34,957 bases of DNA from Syntrophaceae bacterium. Its GTDB lineage: Bacteria; Desulfobacterota; BSN033; UBA1163. A model generated the notes under the pieces. The model made no database searches, had not been told where the DNA came from, and saw only the letters and a program-made list of their open reading frames with translations. Both the position numbers and the translations under genes were made by a program. Positions 8,028 to 18,032 of the stretch are shown here, in pieces. Position 1 is the stretch's first letter. Every line of letters starts with the position of its first letter. The DNA lies in assembly GCA_018333715.1 (NCBI GenBank), contig JAGXSW010000188.1:1-34957 (forward strand). Reading direction: 5' to 3'.

Positions 8028-8795
8028 TCATTCCTCTCCCAGGTAGGCCTGAATCACTTTTGGATCCTTCTGTACTTCTTCGGGGGTTCCTCCTGAGATC
8101 TTCTGCCCATAGTTGAGGACTGTAATTTTATCAGAGATTCCCATCACCAGGTTCATATCATGTTCAACCAGGATGATCGTGATTCCCATCTTTTTGATCT
8201 TCAATATCAGTTCCGCCATCTCTTCTGTCTCCCTGATGTTGAGACCTGCGACAGGTTCGTCAAGGAGGAGGAGTTTTGGTTTTCCGGCGAGGGCCCGGGC
8301 GATCTCGAGGCGTTTTTGCTCTCCGTAGGGAAGGCTGGAGCTGAGCCAGTCTGACTTGCTTTCGAGATGGAAGAAGCGGAGCAGGGAGGCCCCCTCTTCG
8401 GCCACCCGCCTCTCCTCCCTTTTAACCTTCGGAAGATGGAGGAGACAGTTTAGAAATTCTGATTCGGTCTGAGTATGAAGGCCGACCATGACATTCTCGA
8501 GGACGGTCATGTTGTGAAAGACCTGAAGGTTCTGGAAGGTCCGGGTGATTCCCTGATAGGCGATATGGAACGGTTTGAGTCTGGAAATCGTCTTACCTTC
8601 GAAGATGATCTTTCCGGAGGTGGGAGGATAAATTCCTGTGATGAGGTTGATCAGGGTGGTTTTGCCTGCGCCGTTAGGCCCGATGATCGCCGTGATCTCA
8701 TTCCGTCTGACCTCGAACGAAACGTCGTTGAGTGCGGCGACCCCGCCAAAATACTTCCGAATCCCCTCAGCCTTCAATATGATTTCGGAATTCAT
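8028..8795 (-). CDS. livG: Liv-type ABC transporter ATP-binding protein (LivG-like)
   Basis: GPNGAGKTT, RTFQN, LPYGEQKRLEIARAL and LDEPVAG motifs; likely start ATG 8795 (ORF extends to 8831). Confidence 0.9.
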   Translation of the reverse strand: MNSEIILKAEGIRKYFGGVAALNDVSFEVRRNEITAIIGPNGAGKTTLINLITGIYPPTSGKIIFEGKTISRLKPFHIAYQGITRTFQNLQVFHNMTVLENVMVGLHTQTESEFLNCLLHLPKVKREERRVAEEGASLLRFFHLESKSDWLSSSLPYGEQKRLEIARALAGKPKLLLLDEPVAGLNIRETEEMAELILKIKKMGITIILVEHDMNLVMGISDKITVLNYGQKISGGTPEEVQKDPKVIQAYLGEE

Positions 8796-8799
8796 AACT

Positions 8800-9810
8800 C
8801 TAAACTCTAAACTCTCCTCCTCTTTTTTCAATCATAGATTTAATCTTTCGCCTTCGATAGAAGTTGTAGAAGCCGACCACAATCCCTTCCGGAAGAAAGA
8901 CAAGGACAAGGGTGAGGATGGCCCCATAAGCGATGATATTATATTTTTCTGCGACATGAAGGAACTCTGAAAGAACGGTCAGAAGGCCTGCTCCGAAAAA
9001 AGCGCCCCAGACGCTTCCCATTCCTCCCACGATGACCATAGTGACCGCCTGGATGGAGTAATAGAAGTCGAAGCTCCGGGGGCTGATGAAGGTGATGTAA
9101 TGGGCATAGAGGCTTCCTGCAAGGGAGGCGAAGACGGCGCTCAGGACAAAGACCTTGGTCTTGTATTTATCCGTATCGATTCCCAGGGTGTTGGCGGCCA
9201 CTTCACTGCCGTGGATGGCCTTAAGCGCCCTTCCCACACGGGAGTTGACCAGGTTAACCGAGACGAGAATGCAGAAGAACACAAACGTCCAGATCAAATA
9301 GAAATTTTTGAAATCATTATCAAAGACGAATGCGCCGATGGAAAGGTGTGGAATTCCGGGGAAACCGGATGGACCTCCTGTGATCCGGTCCAGTTCCACC
9401 ATGAAGATGTGAACAATGATGCTGAATCCGAGCGTGGCCATCACCAGGTAGTGGCCCTTTAATTTGAGGGAAGGGTAGCCGACGAAGTAGGCGACCATCC
9501 CGGTGATGATCATGGCGAGGACGATCGTCGGCCAGGGGGGGAATCCGAAGGTGGCGGTGAAAATGGCGGAGAGATAGGCTCCCATCCCGTAGAAGGCGGC
9601 ATGGCCCAGGGAGATCTGTCCTGTAAAACCGATGAGCAGATTGAGGCCGATGACCACGATGGTATTGAGGCCGACGATATTCATCACCATGAAGTGGTAT
9701 TTATTCTTTACGAACAGTGGAATGAGGATGATAGCGAGGGCAAATATAATTAAAAATAAGGTCTCTTTCTTTCGGGTGAACGGCGCCATAGATTTAAATC
9801 GATTTCTCAT
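8800..9810 (-). CDS. livM: Liv-type ABC permease (LivM-like)
   Basis: GQISLGHAAFYG, LKGHYLVMATL and TGGPSG motifs; hydrophobic. Confidence 0.9.
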   Translation of the reverse strand: MRNRFKSMAPFTRKKETLFLIIFALAIILIPLFVKNKYHFMVMNIVGLNTIVVIGLNLLIGFTGQISLGHAAFYGMGAYLSAIFTATFGFPPWPTIVLAMIITGMVAYFVGYPSLKLKGHYLVMATLGFSIIVHIFMVELDRITGGPSGFPGIPHLSIGAFVFDNDFKNFYLIWTFVFFCILVSVNLVNSRVGRALKAIHGSEVAANTLGIDTDKYKTKVFVLSAVFASLAGSLYAHYITFISPRSFDFYYSIQAVTMVIVGGMGSVWGAFFGAGLLTVLSEFLHVAEKYNIIAYGAILTLVLVFLPEGIVVGFYNFYRRRKIKSMIEKRGGEFRV

Positions 9811-9832
9811 TGCAAAATTAGCATTGCAATTT

Positions 9833-9962
9833 TAATGGTTTCGCAAAAAGTCGTCTCACCGGTGAAAACCGGTGTCCAGGGTTTTGTATGAAATTACTGG
9901 ATTCCCCGATCAAGTCGGGGAATGACGATCTTTAGTTTTTTTGACTTTTTAAGAAACCATCA
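9833..9962. mobile_element. MITE family A, copy 2
   Basis: TIRs TAATGGTTTCGCAAAAAGTC / GACTTTTTAAGAAACCATCA; internal ACTGGATTCCCCGATCAAGTCGGGGAATGAC; AATTT direct repeat on both sides. Confidence 0.8.
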
Positions 9963-9988
9963 AATTTGCATTTTCCAATGATCTCTTT

Positions 9989-10873
9989 TTACACCCGCTC
10001 TGACTCCCCATAACCTAATAGTCCTGTCGGTTTGAAAAAGAGGACGAGCAGGAGGATCAAAAAGGCAAAAGCATTCTTAAACTTGGAAGAGATCAATCCG
10101 GCGCCGAGGGATTCCAGGACCCCCAGAATCAGTCCTCCGGCAACGGCGCCCGCATTATTTCCATAGCCGCCCAGGATTGCGGCAGAGAACCCCTTAAGGG
10201 CCAGCATGATTCCGGTGTCATAGGAGGAGGTGGTGATGGGCGCGATGATCATTCCTCCCACGGCGCCGATTCCTCCGCTCATGGCAAAAGAGAGCAAAAC
10301 CATCCGGTTGACGCTGATCCCCATGAGGGAGGCGGCCTTTCGATTGACTGCCGTGGCTCTCATCGCCTTTCCGATCAGGGTTCGATGAAAAAAGTATTGG
10401 AGAAAAATGACGACCCCGACCGTAATGCCAAAGATCCAGAGGTGTTGAGGAAGGATGGCTGCGCCTAAAATACGGATCACATTCTCTCCGGAGAAAGAGG
10501 GGAGGGGGACATTATCAGGGCCCCATGCCAGAAGCGCCGTTCCCCGGATGGTTGAGGAGAGGCCGATTGTGATGAAGACGAGGACGATGATGGCCTTCGA
10601 TCTGGCGGCCCGGATAGGTCCTCTTTCGATCAGAGCGCCCAGAAGGATTATCGTTGCCATGGAGAGAAAGAAGGAGAGGATGAGGGGAATTCCCAGAAGC
10701 GAATAATAGGTATACATCATCATCCCGCCCAGGGTGACAAACTCACACTGGACAAAGTTGACGATCCCCGTGGCGTTGTGGATGATATTAAAACCAAGGG
10801 CCACCAGGGCATAGATGGCCCCTATGGTGAGGCCGGTAAGGACAAATTGCAGTATCTGCTCGTAAATTCCCAT
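9989..10873 (-). CDS. livH: Liv-type ABC permease (LivH-like)
   Basis: GAIYALVALGFNII, GKAMRA and LKGFSAAILGG motifs. Confidence 0.9.
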   Translation of the reverse strand: MGIYEQILQFVLTGLTIGAIYALVALGFNIIHNATGIVNFVQCEFVTLGGMMMYTYYSLLGIPLILSFFLSMATIILLGALIERGPIRAARSKAIIVLVFITIGLSSTIRGTALLAWGPDNVPLPSFSGENVIRILGAAILPQHLWIFGITVGVVIFLQYFFHRTLIGKAMRATAVNRKAASLMGISVNRMVLLSFAMSGGIGAVGGMIIAPITTSSYDTGIMLALKGFSAAILGGYGNNAGAVAGGLILGVLESLGAGLISSKFKNAFAFLILLLVLFFKPTGLLGYGESERV

Positions 10874-10918
10874 GACGAGGCATCTCTGATTGTGAAAAGA
10901 GTTGCGATTGACGGGTTA

Positions 10919-10959
10919 AAACTGGCCGAAGCCCCTGTCAGGGACTTCGGCCTCAGTTT
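10919..10959 (-). terminator. Hairpin after the binding-protein gene (partial terminator or mRNA stabiliser)
   Basis: AAACTGGCCGAAGCCCCT-GTC-AGGGACTTCGGCCTCAGTTT, an imperfect inverted repeat just after the stop. Confidence 0.5.
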
Positions 10960-12099
10960 TTATTCAACCAATGTAAATCTTCCCTTTTCCGCTTTCACCA
11001 GAGCGATATCTTTCACCGTTGTCCCGGTGTGGTCTTCAGATGAGAGGTTGTAAACTCCGCTGAGTCCAACGTAGCCCTTCATTCCTTCGAGACCATCTCG
11101 GATCTTGGCCCGGTCAGGTCCTGCCTTCTTAATGGCTTCGAGGAGAAGATAGGCGGCATCCGCTCCGTAAGCCACCATCGTTCCCGGCGTGTCTTTGAAA
11201 CGCGCTTCATATTCTTTGATGTAATCTACGAGTTTTTTCTTTTGAACATCGGAGTCAGGAAGCTTATCCGCCACTACGATTTTGGTCGAAGGCATCATCA
11301 CCCCTTCTGCGGCATCGCCTGCCAGTCTAAAGAAGATGGGCTCGGCGGCGCCGTGGCACTGAAAGAGGGGGACCTTAATGCCGAGGGCGCGGGCATTCTT
11401 AGTAGTAATGCCCATCGGAGGACCAATGGTCCATATGATGATGGCCTGAGGGCCTCTCGCATTGATGCGGGTCAATTGAGCGGTCATGTCCACATCTTTC
11501 ATGTCGAAGGTCTCTTTTGCCACAAGCTCAAATCCATGCTTGGCCGCCAGCCGGTCCACAATGGCCGCCCCATCCTTTCCAAAGCCATCCGAGGCATGGA
11601 GAAAGCCAACTTTGTTGAGGTTATGTTTCTTCAGATGGAGAGCAATTCGTTCCATGGCGTCGGCGGCCCGGTAGGGCGATTTGAAGATCCATTTTCTAAC
11701 GGGCGTGATGATGACGTCTCCACCGGCATGCATGAAGGTGGGAATTCCCTCCTTTTCGAGTGTGGGGATCATGGCCATTCCCGTATCGGTCCGGGTTGGT
11801 CCGATCAGGGCGACGATCGGTTGTGTCTCGACCATCTTTTTGAGGACCATGACGGCCTTGGTGGGATCGCTTTCGTCGTCACCGACCACCATCTCGACCG
11901 GTCGGCCTCCCACTCCGCCTTTTTTGTTAAATTCATCGATGGCGATCAGGACGGAATTCCTCTGCGCCACCCCGATGTGGGCTCCGGGGCCGGTCAGGGA
12001 AAAGATCGCTCCGATCTTGATGGGTTCGGCTCCATCGCTGATACCCGAAGAGAACATGCAGAATCCAAAAACAAGAATAATCAATAATCCTTTTTTCAT
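10960..12099 (-). CDS. Liv-family ABC substrate-binding protein (aromatic-acid-type inferred)
   Basis: Signal peptide followed by IKIGAIFSLTGPGA and DDESDPTKA; typical type 1 periplasmic binding protein sequence. Confidence 0.9.
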   Translation of the reverse strand: MKKGLLIILVFGFCMFSSGISDGAEPIKIGAIFSLTGPGAHIGVAQRNSVLIAIDEFNKKGGVGGRPVEMVVGDDESDPTKAVMVLKKMVETQPIVALIGPTRTDTGMAMIPTLEKEGIPTFMHAGGDVIITPVRKWIFKSPYRAADAMERIALHLKKHNLNKVGFLHASDGFGKDGAAIVDRLAAKHGFELVAKETFDMKDVDMTAQLTRINARGPQAIIIWTIGPPMGITTKNARALGIKVPLFQCHGAAEPIFFRLAGDAAEGVMMPSTKIVVADKLPDSDVQKKKLVDYIKEYEARFKDTPGTMVAYGADAAYLLLEAIKKAGPDRAKIRDGLEGMKGYVGLSGVYNLSSEDHTGTTVKDIALVKAEKGRFTLVE

Positions 12100-12233
12100 A
12101 TTTTATCACCTCCGGCATAATGGATAGTAAAACAAACCTGAAACTTCTTTCTCCTTAAGATTTAACGACGGGCATCCCTCCTTTGTGATGGTTTCTGTTC
12201 TAATTGTCTTGTCAAGTCACCGATCAAATTTCA

Positions 12234-12267
12234 TGGATACTGTATACAGTAATATCAACCTTGTCAA
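12234..12267 (-). promoter_or_regulatory. Sigma-70 promoter overlapped by a putative GntR operator
   Basis: Minus strand TTGACA (12267-12262), 17 bp, TACAGT (12244-12239); TGGATACTGTATACAG at 12234-12249 matches the gntR site 15/16. Confidence 0.7.
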
Positions 12268-12309
12268 GTTCTTTATCCGGTCTTTGCCTCTCCGTCCACA
12301 ATCATGAAT

Positions 12310-13605
12310 CTAAGACTCGTCCCGGTGGTCGAAGACCCGCTTGCTCTTCCGTTCTGATCTCGGGAGCGAACCGTAATCGACCACTTCCACTTTACCGCTT
12401 ACCAGTATCTGTTTTTTAATCTCCTCCTCAATGGTTCCGGCCAAAGCTCCGTCTCCTGAGAGGGACGCTCCTTCGGCTCTCTCCAGCTTGATGGTCATAT
12501 AATCCTTTCCATCCTCCTTGCGATGCAGATGAATCTGGTATTCACTCCCAGCCCCTTTTGTCCCGGAGAGGATGTGATCGATCTGGCCCGGATAGATATT
12601 GACCGCCCGGATAATGAACATATCGTCGGATCTTCCGAGGAGACGATCATGTATGGGGAGGATGGACCCGCAGGAACACCGTTTGGGAATGAGCCGGGTC
12701 AGGTCCCGGGTGCGGTAACGCACCAGGGGGGCGGCTTCTTTACGGAGGGTGGTGACCACCATCTCACCGGTCTCTCCGGGTTGAACCGGCTGGAGCGTTT
12801 CGGGGTTGAGAAGCTCAAGAATATAATAATCGGCCCAGTAATGAATCCCCTCATGATAAACACAATCAATGCCAGTTCCCGGACCATAGAGTTCCGTGAG
12901 GCCGGTGATGTCGAAGACATGTTCCACTCCGAGAAGTTCCTTCATCCTCGTTCTCATGGCATCGCTCGAACGCTCCGAACCCATGATCACTTTTTTTAAT
13001 GCGATCTTGTCGGTCAACCCTCTTTTTTCCACTTCTTCTCCCATGAGGAGGGCCATCGAGGCTGTAGCACATAGGACGGTCGACTGGAAGTCCTCCAGAA
13101 ACTGGCACTGCATATCGATATTTCCGGGACCGATGGGGATGGCCATGGCGCCCAACCGTTCGACCCCCGACTGAAAACCCACACCGGCTGTCCAGACACC
13201 ATAGCCCACAGCGATCTGGACACGATCTTTCGTCGTCAGACCGGCCATCTCATAACAGCGGGCGAACATATTGGCCCAATCGTTAATATCTTTCTGCGTA
13301 TAGCAGAGAACCTTCCGCTTGCCCGTGGTTCCCGAGGAGGCGTGAATGCGAACAATTTTTTCAAAAGGGGTGGAGCGCAGAGGAAAGGGGTATCCCTCCT
13401 GAAGGTCTTTGGCTGTCGTAAAAGGAAGTTTTGAGATATCTTTTAGAGTTTTAATATGCTTTGGTTTAACTCCTGCCTTGTCGAATCGTCTCTGGTAAAA
13501 CTCGGAATTCTTATAGGTATGGTTGACTGTTTTCTGAAGCCCCTCTAATTGAATCCGCTTGAGTTCTCTCTCGGTGCGAATCTTCGGCATGAAACTCTTT
13601 CCCAT
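12310..13605 (-). CDS. Phenylacetate-CoA ligase family (PaaK-like) aryl-CoA ligase
   Basis: RIHASSGTTGK, GLTELYGPG, RYRTRD and GRSDDMFIIRAVNIYP motifs. Confidence 0.92.
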   Translation of the reverse strand: MGKSFMPKIRTERELKRIQLEGLQKTVNHTYKNSEFYQRRFDKAGVKPKHIKTLKDISKLPFTTAKDLQEGYPFPLRSTPFEKIVRIHASSGTTGKRKVLCYTQKDINDWANMFARCYEMAGLTTKDRVQIAVGYGVWTAGVGFQSGVERLGAMAIPIGPGNIDMQCQFLEDFQSTVLCATASMALLMGEEVEKRGLTDKIALKKVIMGSERSSDAMRTRMKELLGVEHVFDITGLTELYGPGTGIDCVYHEGIHYWADYYILELLNPETLQPVQPGETGEMVVTTLRKEAAPLVRYRTRDLTRLIPKRCSCGSILPIHDRLLGRSDDMFIIRAVNIYPGQIDHILSGTKGAGSEYQIHLHRKEDGKDYMTIKLERAEGASLSGDGALAGTIEEEIKKQILVSGKVEVVDYGSLPRSERKSKRVFDHRDES

Positions 13606-13632
13606 ATCTTCCTCCGGATTAAATTCGTTCTT

Positions 13633-13661
13633 ATCCTATATAAAAAACAGAGCTCCGTCAA
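13633..13661 (-). promoter_or_regulatory. Putative sigma-70 promoter of the CoA ligase gene
   Basis: TTGACG (13661-13656), 17 bp, TAGGAT (13638-13633). Confidence 0.45.
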
Positions 13662-13690
13662 GAATGTACGGATAATAATTTATCGGCCTT

Positions 13691-13903
13691 TCATGTGAAC
13701 CTTTTTTCCTTTTCAATGTCAAAAGAGTGGGCTTTCTCTTTTTTGAATAAAGCCTGCTGGCTGATCGATATCAAAGCCACTGAACCGATGATGATTGTGG
13801 CAGCAATGATCGTAAAGACAGTGACCGGTTCTCCGGCGATGAGGTGGCCAAGCAAGACCGCAACCACAGGGATGATCGATGAGATCGATGGTTCCTGGAC
13901 CCA
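13691..13903 (-). pseudogene. EamA/DMT-family permease, C-terminal remnant
   Basis: Start-less frame reads ...IIPVVAVLLGHLIAGEPVTVFTIIAATIIIGSVALISI...EKRFT*, matching the EamA C-terminal PVVAVLLG...GE motif. Confidence 0.65.
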
Positions 13904-15652
13904 TCAGGGATCAATCCTTTTGCGGTCATTTCCCTTCTTTAAACTTTCTCTCAGTTTTCTTGTTAATTCTTCCTCCACTTTCAGTGTTTCAGGATGAATG
14001 GCGACCCCATAATCGTCTCTGGCTTTTTCGAGGCTGACATATCCTTCGAGCACATCTCTCTCGACCCTTTCAGGTTCACGCTCCATGGGATTCCCACAGC
14101 CTCCTCCGCCGGCCGCATCGATTGTCACTACATCCCCTGGTTTAAGCTGCGTCAAACCAAAAGGATTTCCAGGGACTCCATTGACCAGGAATTGTGCCCT
14201 GGCTCCAGGGTTTCCACCAAAGAGCCCTTCTGGGGCATGGATGTGCCTTCCTGCCTGGATTCCAAGATTAACAGGTGACTGAGGTCCATACTGATCATCT
14301 GGGATTCTAAAGACCTCCCTTTGTCCAAGACCTCCCTTCATCCTGCCCGGCCCCCCTGAATCGACAAGGAGTTCCCTTTTCTCAATGATCAGAGGCGTGT
14401 CGCTTTCGATTATTTCAACGGGCGTGTTCGCGCCGTTGGCGGGAAAGATGTAAACATAATGCCCGTCACTGGAGGCGCTGGCTCCCATTCCCCCCCCCCT
14501 GATGATCACGGAATGCCAGGGTTTCCCATTCCTCCTTTTCCCATAGAAAACATTCATCTGAGCGGGTGTTCCTCCGCTTGCGGCAATCACTTTATTGGAG
14601 GCGACTCCGGAGAGGGCTCGATAAATAATCTCGGTCAGAAAATGTCCGATGACGAGCCGCGCCGCCACGGCCGCGGGGAATTTGCAGTTGACCACCGTGC
14701 CCTCCGGCGCCTTGAGTGTGATGGGACTTGCGCAGCCGTCGTTGTTAGGGATGTCCGGGCCAAACATGCTTTTTATGGCCATGAATACATAGGCATAGGT
14801 GAAGTTATAAACGACATTTCCTCCCCAGTTCACCTGAGGGGAGGATCCATTTAGGTTCACGATGATATCGCTTCCCTTGACTTCAACCGTTGTTTTAATC
14901 ACCACATCTTGTTGGCCCTTCATCTGCTCGATCATGCCTTCAGCTTGATAGATACCATCCGGAATCTTCTCAATCTCTTCCCTCATGCTCTTTTCTGTGC
15001 GGCTGATAATCTGGTCTGCCAGGTCATCGAGATGATCCAACCCATTTTCCCTGAGCATCTGACAGATCTTCTCGGCGCAGACATGGTTGGCTGCAATCTG
15101 AGATCGAATATCTCCAATCACCTCATCGGGAGTCCGGACATTCCAGCGGATCATGTCCATCACGGATTGGTTCAGGATTCCTCCGTCGTAGAGTTTCACG
15201 AGCGGGATGAAGAGTCCTTCCTCGAAGACATCATGATTGTCAGAGGAGACACGACCTCCGATATCCGAGTGATGAAAAACGCAGGCGGTAAAAGCAACCA
15301 ATTTTCCATTGTAAAAGACAGGACTCATGACACAGACATCATTCAGATGTCCTGCCAGAGCCCAGGGGTCATTGGTAATGAAGATGTCCCCGGGTTCGTA
15401 GGTTTCCAGAGGAAGCTTGGTTACAAGATTCTTGATTCCCAGCGCCATGGCTCCGGATTGGCCGGGTGTTGCGAAGGATCCCTGCGCCAACTCTCTCCCT
15501 TTCTGGTCCGTGAACATGCAGGTATAATCATGGGCATCCCTGAGCAAGCTGGAGAAGGCGGTCCGGGCAACTGCGCTATCCGCTTCATCCACAACGGAAA
15601 TCAATCTTCGCCACAGTATTTCTAACGTAATGGGGTCAAAGGTTCCTCCCAT
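13904..15652 (-). CDS. Hydantoinase B/5-oxoprolinase-family subunit
   Basis: RTAFSSLLRDAHD, TNDPWALAGHLND, HHSDIGG, FEEGL and DSGGPGRMKGG motifs. Confidence 0.93.
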   Translation of the reverse strand: MGGTFDPITLEILWRRLISVVDEADSAVARTAFSSLLRDAHDYTCMFTDQKGRELAQGSFATPGQSGAMALGIKNLVTKLPLETYEPGDIFITNDPWALAGHLNDVCVMSPVFYNGKLVAFTACVFHHSDIGGRVSSDNHDVFEEGLFIPLVKLYDGGILNQSVMDMIRWNVRTPDEVIGDIRSQIAANHVCAEKICQMLRENGLDHLDDLADQIISRTEKSMREEIEKIPDGIYQAEGMIEQMKGQQDVVIKTTVEVKGSDIIVNLNGSSPQVNWGGNVVYNFTYAYVFMAIKSMFGPDIPNNDGCASPITLKAPEGTVVNCKFPAAVAARLVIGHFLTEIIYRALSGVASNKVIAASGGTPAQMNVFYGKRRNGKPWHSVIIRGGGMGASASSDGHYVYIFPANGANTPVEIIESDTPLIIEKRELLVDSGGPGRMKGGLGQREVFRIPDDQYGPQSPVNLGIQAGRHIHAPEGLFGGNPGARAQFLVNGVPGNPFGLTQLKPGDVVTIDAAGGGGCGNPMEREPERVERDVLEGYVSLEKARDDYGVAIHPETLKVEEELTRKLRESLKKGNDRKRIDP

Positions 15653-15719
15653 TTTCTCCTCCTTGAGAAATACGAATGACAGGAACAGATTCTATTTGTG
15701 TAATTCGTTTCCATTCGTG

Positions 15720-17813
15720 CTATTCGTTTTTAAGGTTTATCCACAGGAATCCAAAATCATCCACTGAAATCGAACCATCCTCGCCGACAATGACCGTGGA
15801 CTCTTTTTCTTCAATAATAGCAGGCCCTTTGAAGGTTGCCTTCGGAAAAAGCTGGTAGCGATCATAGACCGTGTAAAAGATAAAGTCTTTTGCCTTAGGG
15901 GAGTAAGCCTTGCGCTTCCCTTTGATTGCCTTAATCAGAGAATCTCCCGTCTTATTAATATGTTGAAATTGAATCAGCCGTTCAGGGAGACTCGCTCTGA
16001 CTTTGAAATTGATGAACTCCACTTCGGAATCGGGATACGTCCTTCCGTATAATTTTTCATAGACCTCATCAAATCTGCGGCGGACCTCCTCCCTCCCCAT
16101 CTTTGCGAAATCTCTTCCGGAAATCGGGACGTTGGTTTCCGAACCCTGGCCGACAAAGCGCATATCAAGAGATCTTTCGAATTGGATATCTTTTTCTGAG
16201 GCCTGTTTCTTGAGTATCTTTGCCGCCTCCTCTTCCAGTTCCTTCAAAATCCCTTCAATTTCATTAAAATCAGAAGCCGTTAGAGCAACCTTGTGACTTC
16301 TGAGCAGGTCAAAGGCTCGAGGGGCGGTAAAAAAGCCAAGAGCCGAGCCCACTCCGGCGTTGGGCGGGACAAGCAGGCGGGGAGCCCCCAATTTTTTAGC
16401 AAGACCATAGGCATGTACCGGTCCTGCTCCACCAAAGGCAACAATCGTTACGAGGCTGGGGTTTCCTCCTTTTTCGGCGATGTGTGTTTTGGCGGCGGCG
16501 GCCATAGTTTCATTGATAAGGTCGTGGATTCCCCATACGGCCTGGATGAATTTGACCCCCAGAGGCCTGGCCACCTTTTCCTCGACCCCGAGTCTTGCTG
16601 CTTCCTTGTCGAGCTTCATTTTACCGCCAAGGAAGTAATTCTCATCGAGATAACCCAGCAGGAGATCGGCATCGGTGACACAAGGGTCCATCCCTCTTAT
16701 GCCATAACAGATGGGTCCAGGATCTGCGCCGGAGCTTTCCGGCCCCACCTGAAGTGTTCCCAGGCGACTCACCCTTGCGATGCTTCCGCCTCCTGCCCCA
16801 ATCTCCATCAAGTCAACGACAGGCACCTGAATGGTTAGTCCGCTTCCCTTCATAAATCTCTGGACACGGCCGACTTCAAATGTTGGGACGACGCCGGCCT
16901 CCCCTTTCTGAATCAAGCAGGACTTGGCGGTTGTGCCTCCCATATCGAAACAGAACATTTCTGGAATATTGAAAAGCCGGCCATAAAATTGACCCGCAAT
17001 GACTGCAGCCGTAGGTCCTGACTCGATGATTCGGACCGGAAACTCTGACGCTGTTTCGACAGAGGTGACTCCTCCACTGGAAAGCATGATGAAGAGTTTC
17101 CCCTTAAAGCCAATGGCCTCCAGCCTTTTCGCCAATTTGGAAAGGTATCGACCTGTCAGAGGTTTCACATAGGCGTTGGTGACTGTGGTGCTTGTTCTCT
17201 CGTACTCCTTAATCTGCGGCAAGACCCTGAAGGATATGGAGACCGATATTTCGGGCGCTTCCTTTTCAATGATCTCTTTGAGCATCAGTTCATTGGCCGG
17301 GTTCTCGAAAGAGTTGATCAGGCAGACCGCAATCGATTCCACACCAAGCTTGAGAATCGCCCGAACGACCTGTTTTGCCTCACGGGGATCCAACGGCTTC
17401 AGGACGCTTCCATCGCTTCGGATTCTCTCGTCCACTTCAAAACGGAGATGCCGCGGGATGAGAGGTTTTGGAAATTCGGCGAACACATCGTAAGGGGCAT
17501 ATCGAATTCCCCTCCCGATCTCCAGGACATCCCTGAAGCCCTTTGTGGTGATCAGCCCTGTTTTGGCTCCCTTTCTCTCGATAATCGAATTGATGACCAG
17601 GGTTGTTCCATGAATCACTTCATCGAGTTTCTCCACGAAATCCGGAGTATATTTCTCCATTCCTCGAATTCCATCCTCCACGGCATCCGAGGGGTCTCTG
17701 GGGGTGGTCAGACATTTGTAAGTTTTTATCTCTCCGGTTTGATCGTTCAGCAGGACAAAATCGGTGAAGGTGCCTCCAATGTCACAACCCAGCCGATAAA
17801 CCTTGTCAGCCAT
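15720..17813 (-). CDS. Hydantoinase A/5-oxoprolinase-family ATP-binding subunit
   Basis: DIGGTFTD, HGTT, EYERTSTT, ESGP, DMGGTT, GAGGGSIA and GADPGP motifs. Confidence 0.95.
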   Translation of the reverse strand: MADKVYRLGCDIGGTFTDFVLLNDQTGEIKTYKCLTTPRDPSDAVEDGIRGMEKYTPDFVEKLDEVIHGTTLVINSIIERKGAKTGLITTKGFRDVLEIGRGIRYAPYDVFAEFPKPLIPRHLRFEVDERIRSDGSVLKPLDPREAKQVVRAILKLGVESIAVCLINSFENPANELMLKEIIEKEAPEISVSISFRVLPQIKEYERTSTTVTNAYVKPLTGRYLSKLAKRLEAIGFKGKLFIMLSSGGVTSVETASEFPVRIIESGPTAAVIAGQFYGRLFNIPEMFCFDMGGTTAKSCLIQKGEAGVVPTFEVGRVQRFMKGSGLTIQVPVVDLMEIGAGGGSIARVSRLGTLQVGPESSGADPGPICYGIRGMDPCVTDADLLLGYLDENYFLGGKMKLDKEAARLGVEEKVARPLGVKFIQAVWGIHDLINETMAAAAKTHIAEKGGNPSLVTIVAFGGAGPVHAYGLAKKLGAPRLLVPPNAGVGSALGFFTAPRAFDLLRSHKVALTASDFNEIEGILKELEEEAAKILKKQASEKDIQFERSLDMRFVGQGSETNVPISGRDFAKMGREEVRRRFDEVYEKLYGRTYPDSEVEFINFKVRASLPERLIQFQHINKTGDSLIKAIKGKRKAYSPKAKDFIFYTVYDRYQLFPKATFKGPAIIEEKESTVIVGEDGSISVDDFGFLWINLKNE

Positions 17814-17950
17814 GAATACCTCCGAAAATATAAAATGCGGAATTTGTCTGCCTATCGCATGAAGGGATTGGGGATTTCCAGGTCTTATTCTGCCTTACGA
17901 AAATGAAGGCTTCCTTTGGTGCGGTTTTTCCTGTATCCTGTAATTAATTA

Positions 17951-18029
17951 GTGTCTGTTTATAAACTAACGGTTTCCCCAAAGGTCGTCATTCCGGCATG
18001 ACAGGAAAAGAGCATTTATAAACAGACTC
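17951..18029. mobile_element. Small MITE family B
   Basis: TIRs GTGTCTGTTTATAAA / TTTATAAACAGACTC; TAATTA on both flanks; internal GTCATTCCGGCATGAC. Confidence 0.65.
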
Positions 18030-18032
18030 TAA

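Noticed and set aside
13691-13906. Selenocysteine or readthrough extension of hydantoinase B (open frame continues after TGA)
   Set aside because: The hydantoinase domain is already complete, no SECIS-like hairpin or Cys context is evident, and the downstream text is an EamA remnant.
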